DNA of 64,000 bases, taken from positions 44,518,001 to 44,582,000 of the forward strand of contig CM052817.1 in the NCBI GenBank assembly GCA_028534125.1. Reading direction: 5' to 3'. Each line of letters starts with the position of its first letter. Positions within the stretch are counted from its first letter, which is position 1. This document shows positions 24,795 through 37,484 of the stretch, in pieces. Source of the DNA: Lama glama (Eukaryota). The position numbers and the translations under genes are program-made. The notes beneath the pieces were generated by a model. The model saw only the letters and a program-made list of their open reading frames with translations, searched no databases and was not told the origin of the DNA.

Positions 24795-24947
24795 TGTGAG
24801 TTTATGTTGTCTCTACTAGATGTTTAGGATCGTACATTTTTAAATTCAATTGAAAATCAAGTCATACAATAAAAATAAATTGCTTGATGTATGTCAAACA
24901 CAGCAGTACATAAAATAAGCTGGAGAAAATAAAAAAAAAAAAAGAAA
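24795..24947 (+). pseudogene. Short retroposed non-repeat sequence (5'-truncated retrocopy or orphan 3' transduction)
   Basis: Poly(A) tail and a perfect 18-bp TSD aagaaagaagtgaaaata at 24777-24794 and 24948-24965. The body does not resemble the L1 or SINE ends in this window. Confidence 0.75.
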
Positions 24948-26149
24948 AAGAAAGAAGTGAAAATAAACATTTACAAAAATTAAGTTGGCCATATTTACTG
25001 AACCAGAGGCTCACCTTCTTCTATTTCTGCCTTTCCTGGGATTTTTCTCGTTAGTCCTTCGTGGCTCTCCCGGCTGGCCTGTGCCCGATGGCCACACTGA
25101 TTTCATTTATGACTTGACTCAGCTCTCCTACTCACTCCTTCCTCAGATCCCTCACTGATTCCCTCCTGAAATAAAACCGTAATTCTCTTCTCCATTCAAG
25201 TCAGGTCAAAGCAGGCAGAGCCCCCAGACTCTAAGCCCTGTCAGAAGCACTTGCATTTCTGAAATCTAGCTATTCCACCTGTGAAACATGTACTTTTCAA
25301 CTGGGTACAGAACCATTTTAGGAGGGGCTGGGTGGTTTTCATCAGAGATGCTATCTTCTCCTGCTCATAGCTACTCTGAGGGAACATGGCGCTGACCAAG
25401 CCCATGCTGAAGGAGTGACGCTGGACCAGCTCTTCTTGGCTACAAGCAAAGCTGTTGAGGTTGTTGCCCATGGAATATGGAACTGGGGCCCAGGGGCTGA
25501 GTTAATAAGGTGATGAAAGCTTCAGAGTTGGGAAGACACAAGGCAGAGAACCCAACGAAAGCTGTGTGGTGAGCCAGCGCCACACACAAGTGGATGTGGG
25601 AGGAGAGAGAGCCAGAAGTTTGGGGGAAATGCAGCAGACAGGGTTCTGTTCCGGTTGTTGCAAATGACACAAGTGACATTGAACCCACAAAGAAATTTAA
25701 GCTGAAATGATAATTTCTTGGAAAGCCAAGGATGAAGATGGCGTTGGGGATTGAAAACATTGTCAGGTTCCTCCTCACCCTCATCCTATCACGCACCATC
25801 TGTATGGATGTGTGCGTACGTGTGTGGTAGGGGTGTGGGCAGGATGCAGAAAACAACCTCAGAGCAGAGGTTTACTTCACCCCACATTAGCCACTTCAAA
25901 CTAAGAAAGCTCTGCCTTCTCTTAGACTGTATATAAACCCTCAGGGGAGGGCTCTGATTTGCCTGGCGTGGACACATGCTTATCTAAGACAGGTCCTTAT
26001 GACTGTTCACTCAATGGTCACTGTCCCCTTCTTCCTCACAAATGTAGTCCTGACTCCACTGCAGTATCAGAAGACTATGTGCTCAGGAAGGCAGAACCTT
26101 CCACACCCCAAGAAATACATCATTCTTCACCTACACCAACCACGGTCCT

Positions 26150-26480
26150 CTGACTCCCCTGCCAGTAACTAGTCTAGGTGTAGGTATAGGACAACCCTAG
26201 CTAATGAGGTCTGACCCAAAGGAAAGTTTGCAGGACAGTTTTTGGAAGTGTTTCTCATTCTGGATAAAATACACCAAACTGGGACTCTTTCCTGTCTTTG
26301 GACAAAGTTTTGTGGAGACGTGATGTCTTGAGTTGCAGCAGCCATCTTCCAATTATGAAGGACAAATCTGGAGATTAAAATCATCATGCTAAGGATGGAA
26401 ATCGATAAACCTGGAGCCTGGTGACATCACTATACCACTGAATCAACTCTGGAACCAGGTCCTTCAGGAAGCCAGTCTGC
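26150..26480. mobile_element. Old MaLR LTR (MLT1J/K/L-like) fragment
   Basis: gacgtgatgtcttgagttgcagcagccatcttccaattatgaagg...gatgga motif. Confidence 0.6.
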
Positions 26481-26589
26481 AGGGAGAGTAACGGGACTTA
26501 TGTTCGGAGTCGACTGACACGAGGGACCTGCACTCTGAGGAGAGAGTGAATTGTTGCCTACTTGCTAAATCATAGTAAGGCCTGTGGTT

Positions 26590-26780
26590 GCTGATCTCTT
26601 ACTATGTGTCAGGCTCTGTTCCAAGTGCTTTACATGTATTATCTCATTTAATCTACACAGCAACCCAACAAGGTTTTTACACTTTCATTATTCCCTACTT
26701 TTCAGATGGGTAAACAAGGTCCAGAAACACTGAGTAATCTATCCAAGGTCACAAACTCAGCAAGGCCGAGGTGGGAATTC
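26590..26780 (-). mobile_element. MIR SINE
   Basis: cttactatgtgtcaggctctgttccaagtgctttacatgtattatctcatttaatc. Confidence 0.85.
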
Positions 26781-27005
26781 ACTGGCACTTCTGACACCTG
26801 ACTTATCATTAAGTCAAACTTGGAAGTGTTCCTGGCTTGCTGTGGTTGGAATCCTCAAGCTTCCCTCCTATCTTTTCAAAGAACCCTCTTTTTATTTGAG
26901 GGGTCTGAGTGGGTTTACTTTCATTGTACCCAAATGTTCCCTCAGGTACTGGCATTGGCCAGACTCAGGCTTTCTTTCTCAGCCCCTCAATAAATCTGTG
27001 AGTCT

Positions 27006-27424
27006 TGGCATAAAAAAGAATGAAATAATGTCATTTGCAGCAACATGGATGGGCCTAGAGATTATTATACTAAGTGAAGTAAGTCAGACAGAGAAAGACA
27101 AATATCATATGATATCACTTATATGTGGAATCTAAAAACGTGATTTGAATAAACTTATTTACAAAACAGAAACAGACTCACAGGCATAGAAAATAAGCAT
27201 GGTTACCAAAGGGGAAGAAGGGCAGGGATAAATTAGGAGTTTAGGGTTTGCAGATACTAACTACTGTACACAAAACAGATACTGTATAGCCCAGGGAACT
27301 GTATTCAATAGCTTATAATAACCTACAATGAAAAAGAATATATATATATAACTGAATCACTATGCTGTATACCTGAAACTAACACAACATTGTAAATCAA
27401 CTACACTTTAATGGGAAAAAAAAA
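27006..27424 (+). mobile_element. Truncated L1 3' end
   Basis: IKKNEIMSFAATWMGLEIIILSEVSQTEKDKYHMISLICGI is the ORF2 end. TSD aaatctgtgagtct (26992-27005) / aaatctgggagtct (27422-27435). Confidence 0.92.
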
Positions 27425-27794
27425 TCTGGGAGTCTCAGTGCCCACTGTTAAATGCACTGAGTCCAAATCCCACAGTAAAACCCTCATTTAGTGGAATTCA
27501 CGTTCCCTGGCTTGCTCCTTCCGCAGCTGTCACGTGGTCAGTGTTTGGGGTCTTTTAGGGGCATGATTTCTAGTGTGATATGACTCATTAATTACAATAT
27601 TAATAAGCATCTAACAAGAGATGAAGCTGTTGACACTGCCTCATTATATCCTCCCTCTAATTTCACCTAGTTTTTAATTTTTCAAAGGTTTTACATGGAT
27701 TGATACCCTGCATTCACATATATCTCTGTGGCTCTGTGAGATCAGGAAGGCACTTCTATGGCCTTACTACTGTTTATTCATGTCCCACCCTTAC

Positions 27795-27880
27795 TCCCTC
27801 ACTCATTCAACAAATATTTGAGTATCTACCATGCCCCAGGCACTGTGCTAGGCACTGGGTATCACAGAGGGCAGTGAAGT
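27795..27880 (-). mobile_element. L2 3' end
   Basis: cactcattcaacaaatatttgagtatctaccatgccccaggcactgtgctaggcactggg. Confidence 0.8.
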
Positions 27881-27989
27881 CTATTGATATGCCAGATCAC
27901 TTTTCCCTCTAAGTCAACAGGAGAGCTACAGCAAATAAATGCAAAAAAAAAAAAAAAAAAAAAGGTTCACCGGACTAGACACAGCAGTT

Positions 27990-28200
27990 TGTGGGTGCAA
28001 CCAAGTAGGAGTTAAAGGCACAGATCCTGCTGGCTGACTGCCTGGGTTCAGATCCCAGCTCTCTCACTGAGAGACTGTAGTTAAGTTACTGAACTGGTGT
28101 CTCAATTGTTTAAACTGTTACATGGGAATTAAAATTGTAGCTTTGTCAGGAGGCTTTCCATGAGAGCATTTTTATAAATTGTTTAGCGTAGAATATATAC
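27990..28200 (+). mobile_element. MIR SINE
   Basis: gactgcctgggttcagatcccagctct...aagttactgaac. Confidence 0.7.
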
Positions 28201-29512
28201 AAGTATTTGTTCAAAAGGAAGCACAAGCTATAGCCTCTTCTACCCACTGACCATACCTAGGCAACTTTGCAGCAAAGAGGATCTTGCAATCTGCAAACGG
28301 CAGCACAGCACTGTCGGCGTCAGTGTCGGTGTCGGGAGGACTGGGGCTCCAGGCACGAGGACCAGGGTCACCACTGCAGAGGGATGACCTACCATCCCCG
28401 TAAGTAAACAGAGCCTCCATATTGGTTGTTTCTTGCTCTCAGAATCCCCAAATTAAGATGCTGCTTAAAGAAAATTTAAGGTGACATCTCCTGCAGAATT
28501 TAGTTTTCAATAAGCATATCTTGGAAGAAAGCAGAACCAACCACCAATTTGGAAGAGATCTGAGAAGCCAAGCTGTCATCTAAATGTGGGATAACCCCTC
28601 TGCCCGCCGGTCACCCAGCCTCTGCTGGAACATTCCTACTGACGAGGGTGCACATTTTTAGCCAGACTTTTCCTTCATTGATCATCTCTAGTTATCATCA
28701 AGCACTTCCTTTTATTGTTCCCAAGTGACTTTTCCTGTTCCTGAGTAAGGATAACCCCGATTCTAAATAATGATCTTCAAATGCTTGGAGATTCCCTGTC
28801 TTCTAGTTTCTGAGCTAGTCATGACTTGACATGAGTTCTGACCAAAATCCTTCAAGCTCAAAGAAGGAGACTCAGAGGGGTATCCACAAAGATCATTTGG
28901 AGAGAGGGTTCTTGAAGCACCCAGGAAAGCCAATCTTGTTTCTGGGCTCTGCAGAGAAAGAAAAGACATGGATTCTTTGTTTTCATTATATCTGCAGAAG
29001 GCCCTTCCCCACCTGGAATCCTGTTGCCTGGAGAACGGATCAAAACTCAAACAAGAGTATGTTGCGATAGCATGTGAATTCAGTGAATTCAACAGGACTT
29101 TTGGAGCTGAAATTTAAACCAAATGTCTCAAAATACACCTATCCCTAGAGAGTATGGACTTATTACTTTCATTACAGAGAAAATGGGGTAGCTTTAAAAA
29201 GGCCAGTTTTTAAAAAGTAAGTTTTTCCCTCTTACGTGTGAAGATACAGAGGTGGGACCTTCTTAGGTGATAGAATGGAACAGCCAAGGTCAGAGTTTAA
29301 TTCTCATAAGAACAATCAGCTTTAATCAGAACAAAAGCTTTCTTCTGTAAGCTCACATTGTTCTATCTTTAAATCCTTAGTAGTGGTAATAATAAACAAA
29401 TGAACAATACTAGCAATTATAGAAGATTTTTTATGTGGTAGGAATTATGCTAAAGGCTTTCAGTAAATTATTTCATTTAATCCTTGCAAAAGCTCTGTGA
29501 AATACGTTCTCA

Positions 29513-30000
29513 TAGGGTTCAGTCAGAGTAAAATTTAAATGCCTTCCCATGGCCCAGAAGGCCCTGACTTTCTCTGCACTCACCTGGTTCTTCCACACAC
29601 ATGCCATCTGTCCCCTCTCCAACCCCAGCCCCAGGGCCTTTGCACTCACTGTTCTCTCTACTTCCAGCCTCTTCCCCAGCTACCCCAAGGCTCAGTCTCT
29701 CACCTCCTTCAAGTTTTAGTCTTCCTTCAAATATCACCTCCTTAGTGGGGCCTTCTCCCACTACCCTTTAGAAAATTGTAATATCCCCTCTGCCATCATA
29801 TTTTCTGCTTTATGTTTTTCCCCAGAAGCTATCATTTTACAACCTGCAACACAACTGACTTATTTGAGGCTTTGTTATCTGTTTTCCTTGACCTGAATGC
29901 ATGCAAAGATTTTTGTCTACTTTTGTTCACAACCCTAAACCCAGCATGTAGAAAACAGCTGGCACGTGGAAGGCACTCCATAAATATTTATTGGTTAAAT
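29513..30000 (+). mobile_element. L2 3' portion inserted into a MIR
   Basis: ccccagggcctttgcactcactgttctctct...ggcacgtggaaggcactccataaatatttattg. MIR(-) pieces flank it at ~29410-29512 and ~30000-30040. Confidence 0.8.
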
Positions 30001-33000
30001 TTTATCCATGAGACAGTAGGTGCACAGAGATGGTAAGTGGTCATGCTTTTCACAGAAAGAAAGAGTCCATGAGGAGCCCACGTTCCAGAAGTCAAACTTG
30101 GAATATACCTCCTTTACCTGAGACTTGGTGACATTATTTTTGACCATCAGGGCAATACGTTAGATCTGAATAATACTTCCGAAAAACACAAGCAATCAAA
30201 AAAGTAAAAAGTATTCTACATTTGTTCTACATTCAAGAATTGTATATGTGTAGGCACAATCATTTGTTGGAATATTTTTTGACTCAACTAGAACATTTTG
30301 TTGGATTTGAAGATTTGAGGATATATATTTATATCCTCTTCAGTTCCTTAAAAATGAAACTATATTCAAATAGATAAAATTTATATATATTTCTTTTTTT
30401 CTCATGAAAGCATTTTCCCAGGGTCATACAAGAGCAAGAATGACAGCTTTTAACACTCCTTTATAGATGCCACTAAGATTTCAGGATCATTTCCCGAGTT
30501 CCTTTCATATAATTATATTTCACCTTTCTAATAACGCAGAAATCCAATTCGCAGATGAGGAACTATGTTCCAAGAGGTTGTGCACCTTCCTAAAATAGCC
30601 CAGTCCAGGGTAGAATTTGGAACAGAGTATAATTCTTTTGTCTCCCCGCCCAGACCTGTACACACAGCTGCTGGTTAGGCTTCAGGTGTTTATCATTTTA
30701 CAGAAGCTTCTCTCCTGGGGAAGGAACCCAGTTTTTATTAACGGCTAACATAATCCCCTTTCAACTGAAAAATTAAAAACTACAAATATTACTTTGCCTC
30801 TCTCTTTTTCTAAGTTCTACTCTTACAGAGATTCAAGAGACTGGTATCAGAGCACCTACATCCTCACAGTAAAATTAGCGTCTCTGTCTGAAGTTCCTTT
30901 CACTAACTAAACAGCCGGGCTTACAAAGCTCACATTATTATCGAGGAAAAAAATGCAGCTGCTCACAGGATCACTAAGAGCAACAAAATTCCAGGAAAAT
31001 CTCAAAACTCTGACCATTTTTTTCTTAACCAGAATTTTGCCAATGATTTCTCCACAGCTCTGGAAACTCGTTTTCCCCTCTACCCTTTTCCATAAAAGAA
31101 TTCTACCCCAGGGGGAAAAAATTAAGACCTCAAAACCTAGTACAAATTGCTCATTTAAAGAACAGGAATTAAGGATGTGGGGGCTTTTCTTTCTTAAAAG
31201 CTCATTACTCTGTAGAAAGAATCTGAACCCTGTCCTGATTCTTTCTGGGCAGCGGAGCAGTTTTGGGTTTTGTGTTAGTTAATTTTAATTAAAAAAAAAA
31301 AAGGCATCATTCTTGAGAGGCTGTTGCTATGAGACTTTCTGGGCCTCAACAGATGGCCACAGAGCAGTTCTCAGCCCCAGCTCGGGCTCTGAAGCCCTCC
31401 ACTCAGGCATACCATTAACATTCCTGAAATACTTTTGGAGGCAAATGCGGGCCGCCGCCTTCCGACTAGCTCACCCGCAGCTCCTGGACTGGTCTCCCCG
31501 GTCAAGGGGCCTGGGCTGAAATTTGTTAGAAGTGAAAGATCAGGCCTCTCTAAGAAAAGGCACAGAGGTTGCCATCCTTCTCAGTTTAGGCTTTGGACAA
31601 ACTTTACCAACACATGCGTGGGGTTTTGAGTCTACCATGCGAGCAGATGGGTGCACGTCTGTGTATAGACACACAAACACACGTGCACACACACTCATGC
31701 ATACGCACTTCACTCCACATCCAGCTCATTGCATTGTCTGTAAGCCTTGGACCCTCTCCCAGTTACAGGGTGATCCAGGTAAGAGAGCAGCAGACTTTTA
31801 GATTGAAGCCTTTTGAGTGCCCAGAGTTGCTGAGGGAGAGGTTTCAGAATTCCTGATTTCTCTGTTGACAGAAAGACATAAAGGAAAGGCAAAAAGTAAA
31901 GTGTGTGAGACTTTACTTTCTTACTAACCTCTCGGTACTTTGGACAAATCATTCCACGTCATCACCTTTCTCACTCTTCCACACAGGGATAATAATACTG
32001 AACTATATGCATCAGATAGAGGAATTCATGAACCATGCTGAATAAACAACTGTGAAAGGACTGTGTAAGTATCAGGTCCCAGGACCAGCCTCCACCGCCG
32101 CCAGGGCAGAGATACAGGTAGAACGTGGAGACGGGCACTCGGTTGAATTGCTGGGACCACCACCCCTGGAGGGCTGGTCTTGATTGCTGACCACGGGTTT
32201 TGGTGGGAAGGGTCTACTGGTAGCTTTACTGGTCACTAAGGAGCTTTGGAACTTGGGGGGAAACAACAAATGATTCTAAACAGCCAAAGTGTTTCAGGGT
32301 GGGGCTCATTTAAATTCCATCCCTAGAGTTGTCGTTTCAAAACCAGGCCCAGAGTGCACAAGCGAAGTCCTACTTAAGTGTCTGACGCCAGTGCTCACTT
32401 GATCACTTGACATCAGAGCAATTCTACCAGTTTCAGTTCACAGACGTCGGTTAAGAGCTTTCCTCCAAGTGATAGCAGATGATACGCCACAAATACTGCA
32501 CTGCCATCACCATTTGACGTACTTTTTTAATCCAATCTGTCCGAGTAGAAGCAAAATGACTTGAGACTGCTTAGGATCCCCTCCTCCAAAATCATCCATT
32601 TCTTTTGACGTAAAGCTTCTTTCTAGTCTCCAAAATGCAAACATGATTGCTGGATGGTTTTTTTGTTTGTTTTAAAAAAACAAAGCATGTCTTTAAGAGG
32701 TTTGGCCTAACAAGATGTGCCAACTTTTCTCTATTAAGCAGGGACATTTTAATGAAGCCATCTATGGAGTTGGGGGAAGATGAGGAAGCCACTTCTTTTT
32801 CCATTTGTCTAGGGCTGCGGACCCTCAGCTTGCTAGACCCAGTCCCTATGGCCACAGCACATCCAGCAAAGGGAGGTTTTGCTCAGTGGCTCCGCGTCTG
32901 AGCTCACAGCGCCCCCGCCCCCACACTCAGAAAAGTCTAGGGTAAAGGCCCGAATTGGGGCTGTTTTGAGAGAGGAAGAGACGAGGGGGAGAGGTAAGGG

Positions 33001-35089
33001 GAGGGGAGTGTCTGACGTGTAGCTTCATTTGCATAGCCAAACCTTTCAAGCAGAGCCATTGGGGCACACAGTGTGTGTCTGGGAGGGCGAGGCTGCGGGT
33101 GCTCTATTGTGCCCCATTGTGTGTGCTCCACGACACCGGAGCCCTAGACGAGGGAGCCTGGCAGGCATTCCACAGCTCCAGAAGGGAGGCTTTTAAAAAT
33201 TGTCACTGGGGAAGAAATAAATTTAAGACACTTAATCCTCTGCCCCAATCTAACTCTAATGATCCTGTTCTTGGGATGGAATACAGTGTGTGTGTTAGCT
33301 ATTAACAATTTGTTAAATTACACACTGTGGGTCCCCTCGTATTCTGCAGATATGTGCAAAGGTTCTCACACTCCATATGAGATGAGGGGTTTTCGTGACT
33401 TTATTTCCTTCTTAACTAAAGATAGAGGTTTTTCAACTAGCTCTCTCTTCCCTTCTGCACCTTTTTAGGACACTAAGGTTTTTATGGAGAGTGATTTTTT
33501 TTTTTAAGATAGTGATTAGGGCTGAGGTACTACTTGTCCCTCTTCCATACAACAATGACTTCTCCTTAACCCAGGAAATCATCTTTGAAGTGTACATTCT
33601 CTAGGCTGGAATTCATAAGTGAAGGTAGAATTTTGAAATGTAAATCAATGCCAAATATTCAATATTTATTCAGCTCTCCAACATTCATTTCTCCTTTAAC
33701 TCCCTCAACATTTATAAATTCACTTAGCATCTACTTACCAATGGATCTAATTTTTCAATTACCACCAACCATCTGTGCTATTTGCACACACATTATATCT
33801 AAAATGATTTCTGTAGACTTGTGTGGTGATCACATTTCACCACTTGCACGGGCAATATTATTTCCGATGCTTTATATTCATCAAAGCAGTCATTTTTAGG
33901 ATTTATATTTAGTTTCACTAACACGTTGATCTTATAACAGGAAAATGTCTTTATAAAGAAGAGTTAGCTAACAGCTGAGTAAGATGGAGATTTCCAACTG
34001 GCTATAAATATTGGAAGAAAAAAACATATTTCAGGATGATTAACGTAGATCGTGAGTATATGATTTCTGAATGCTTACCGCCTCTTTTCACCACCTCTGT
34101 CTCTTCATTATTGTTACTACTTGAATAGAACCATTTAGAATTGGGGAATACCTTCCTATTCCATCTTTGGAATTAATAGGGTGGGAAGAGCAGTCTCAGA
34201 ACCTCTTCGGATGAATAAATGGATCTTCACCCATTTACAGAAAGTTTTCATTAAAAAAATAAAAATCATTTCCTCCCTATCATGACAAACAGGCAAGAGT
34301 GTAAGCACTAGTCCAAACCACTAGTCTTTTTTACCACCCTTGGATTACTAAACCCCAGAATGAAAGTATGCCTACAGCAATCCAAGAGGAGGTCCCCAGA
34401 GGAGGGCAGGATTCCCAAAGTGTTTATCAATCAACTTAAAAGTCCATAAAATGAAAACCGAGCAGAGCTTAAGCTTAATCATGGCTCAGTATCCCTAAGC
34501 ATCTCACTGCCGCTCGAATTTAGGTGTTTCCATCTAGAATCTGACTTTCCCTCGAACATAAGGGTGAGCGAAGCAGTGGGCCAGGACACTCGACCCCCGT
34601 GCTGCAGTGAAAGTCACTGATTGTCCTGTGCCGAGCAAACCTTGAAAAGAAAAACTGCTTTCTATCACAAGAGAAAGAGTTAAAGATAGCTTTAAAAATA
34701 AGTGGTAGTGAGAATCAGATAATAAATCCCTGGGGTCTCATGGTTGGAACGCACCGGCATGTGTATTTGTTGGCCTTAATGAAACGTTACTTTATTCTCT
34801 CATCACTCAAGCTTCTCATCAAAGATGAAGGAGTACACAGTGAGGTATCACCGCCTGCAAGGATGACAGTCATGTGTCAGGTACCCCTCTCCCCGCTGAC
34901 GTCCTTGTTTATGCCTTGGTATCATTCTGCCAGCACGTCTGACAGCCAAATCACTTAGGAATTTCACCATAAAAGCCTAAACTAAACAATTTCCCTACTT
35001 CTCTTTAGTTTACCTTCCTGATACTGGCATTTCTGTTGAGATAAATGTAGAAATCAAGTCGAGAAATATCTGGTTTAAAATGGACTTAC

Positions 35090-35300
35090 CTTAAGGAAGT
35101 CTAAGCCAGCATTTCCACTGTCCTTAGTTCTCTCTCGGACATCTCTGTCCAGCATTGACACTGAGCCAAGCCGGCCCGCCGAGGGGGCTCAGTGGCTTGG
35201 GGAAGGCAGCAGAGAGGCACAATTCTGGCCCAGAAAGAATCCCCGGGAGGCAGCCCCAGGAAGGCGGGAGCTAAGACACAGGTGTCAGACACCAGCAAGG
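35090..35300 (-). other. Candidate first exon of a minus-strand transcript (5' end approximate)
   Basis: Near-consensus donor AAG|GTAAGT (GT at 35089-35088) next to the promoter-like region. An ATG at 35155 gives 22 open codons, MLDRDVRERTKDSGNAGLDFLK, up to the donor, but the exon may be 5' UTR. Confidence 0.5.
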
Positions 35301-35720
35301 CACCTCTGCCCAGAACCTGCAATCAAACGGCTGCCCTGATTAGCCACGTACAATAGGCAGTTCAGATTACTGCCCTCCTCCCAGCCAATCGCCGACCGGC
35401 CTGCCTGACAGCAGCAGGCCCCCTGTTGTAAGGGGAAGTGCACCCGGCCAGAACCCGGGAACCGGTTTCTGCGGTGGCCGCGGGCACGCCGCCCTGGTGC
35501 ACACCAGCCCGCACTCCGCAGGAGCTGCTGGTCAGGCTGTTGCAAGCAGAGCCTGTGGCCAGGGGTAAGCCCTCTCCTGCCCTTTCCCAAAGGTCGCTCT
35601 AGGGTCTCTGACTCACAATAACACGATGCACCAGTGATGACAGGGAAGGAGACAGAATGGATCGCAGCAACAGTTCCCCCATGTAGGGCACCTCCCGCCC
35701 GCCCCCCGCCAGCTCTTCCT
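35090..35720. promoter_or_regulatory. Small CpG-enriched promoter-like region, possibly bidirectional
   Basis: Highest CpG density in the window. CCAAT box (agccaatcg ~35383-35391), GC boxes (cctcccgcccgccccccgcc ~35691-35710), and outward-facing splice donors at 35089(-) and 35565(+). Confidence 0.65.
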
Positions 35721-36397
35721 CTCTCCCCTCGCTGCTCAGGCTTCTGTGCAGCTGAAAAAGTTCAATTTTTAATTAGCTATGGGTTTTTTTTTTCCAAGCA
35801 ACAGTTGCTCACAGAAACTAGAAGAGGAGGGAGAATCAAATAAAAGGGAATATCTCTACGGTCATGGTTTCCAAGGATCACGTTCAATAGTGTAACAATC
35901 TCCTCAGACACAAAAATTTATAGAAGTCGTGATTGTGAAATCCAAGACAAAACAGCAGCAAGAGATCACATTTGAAAACTCAGCCCAGCGGAGGGCTGCG
36001 GAGCTCACCTTTGTGCATGGAATCCTGACAGGTTTCCTGAGCTGCAATCGGCCAAAGGAATTTCACTGAAAACTCAGCTGAGCCCCTGAAACCTCGGGCC
36101 TTTGCAGCTGTATGGACAAGCAGTGCTTGATTCAAGTTTTGGTATTTGCCCCAGACTGTAGGGGTCAGCTTAACAGTAACCATAGACACAAAGAAAAAAG
36201 GAACAGCGCACACAGGGAGAAAGCGACTCCAAGAGTGTCTGAGTTCATGGGTCTGCAAAGGCATGGTTTACAGCCGCCACTGTGGGAAAAAGCTAATCAT
36301 GGGACCCAAGAATAATTTATAAACCTCCTTGCAAAGAAGCTTTAAAAGATTTCCAGATTTTTTTTTTTTTAGATGTGGAAAGAAAGAAGGGGAGCAA

Positions 36398-36441
36398 GTG
36401 TGCGCACGCGTGCGCGTGTGCACACACACACACACACACAC
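36398..36441. repeat. Alternating purine-pyrimidine tract with a (CA)n run
   Basis: gtgtgcgcacgcgtgcgcgtgtg followed by (ca)10, read directly. Confidence 0.9.
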
Positions 36442-37149
36442 GGCAGAATTCCACCATCACAGGGGGCATTATACTCTAAATACAGTAGTAATCTCCACTC
36501 TGGACACCAAGAATGTCTAAAGCATCCTTGAAGATGTCAGTGCATTTTTCAGAGGTGAAACTAATTTTATTTAGACTGTTTCTGTCCCTCCAGAAAGCTC
36601 CACTTGAATTCCAGAGCTATTTCTTTCCTCTATAAGAATTCTAAGGAAAGAGGATTAGGCAAGTGTGAGATGGGAACAGTTTGGGGCAGGGGTGTGAGAG
36701 AATCCTCTTTCAGACGAGAAACCCCCCAACTAGATCTTGCACCACAGATGTGTTCTTTCAAAGTAGCCTTCTTTCCTTTGAGGAAGGCAAAGTTCTTATC
36801 CCCATTTTCTGTTTTCTGCTCCCACCTTAGAACCTCCCCAGACACCACAATTGAGTTGCCTGTCCTTCCATCCCAGGCTACTCCCACCAAACCAGAGTTC
36901 AAGGGCAGCCAGACCACAGAATTCATTTTGAATGTGTCAAATTTAACAACCTCCTGCCACTGACCAGGAGGTGGTCTCCACAGCACACAATAACAAAGGG
37001 TTCTGCTGGCAGGCAAGGAAAGAAAAAAAATTGCATTGCCACAATCAAATCACCTGTGCTTCCTAGATTAGGTCATCAGTGCTTCTTCAGACAAATTAAG
37101 AGATGAATAAGGGAACCATTGTTATATTTACAAAGAATAAATGCCTGCA

Positions 37150-37233
37150 TATCAGACAGAACCACGTGAAATTGTCAGTATTTGACAATTTTTTGGTCTA
37201 TGACAAAAGCGATTTCATGTGATTCAACTTGTA
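37150..37233. mobile_element. MADE2-like Tc1/mariner MITE (~80 bp)
   Basis: gaaccacgtgaaattg...gcgatttcatgtgattcaac: terminal inverted repeats around a short tttgacaattttttggtctatgacaaaa core. Confidence 0.75.
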
Positions 37234-37254
37234 GTTGGACTATAGTTAACTACT

Positions 37255-37470
37255 GTGCAACTAATAATTAACTATGTGTCAATAGATACTATGTTATATT
37301 CTCTAATCACCACAGTGCTATAAGGTAAATATTATAATTAGTGTTATAACTTTACCCATAAGGAAAGGGAGGCTTGGGGTGGTTAAGTAATGTGCTGAAC
37401 CCTTCACAGCTAGCAAGCTGAGCGGGGATTGCCAGCAATCTGACCCCAGAGCTCGTGCTCTGAACCACCC
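37255..37470 (-). mobile_element. MIR SINE
   Basis: ggttaagtaatgtgctgaacc...tctgaccccagagctcgtgctctgaaccac. Confidence 0.7.
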
Positions 37471-37484
37471 TCCTCTACAAAGGA

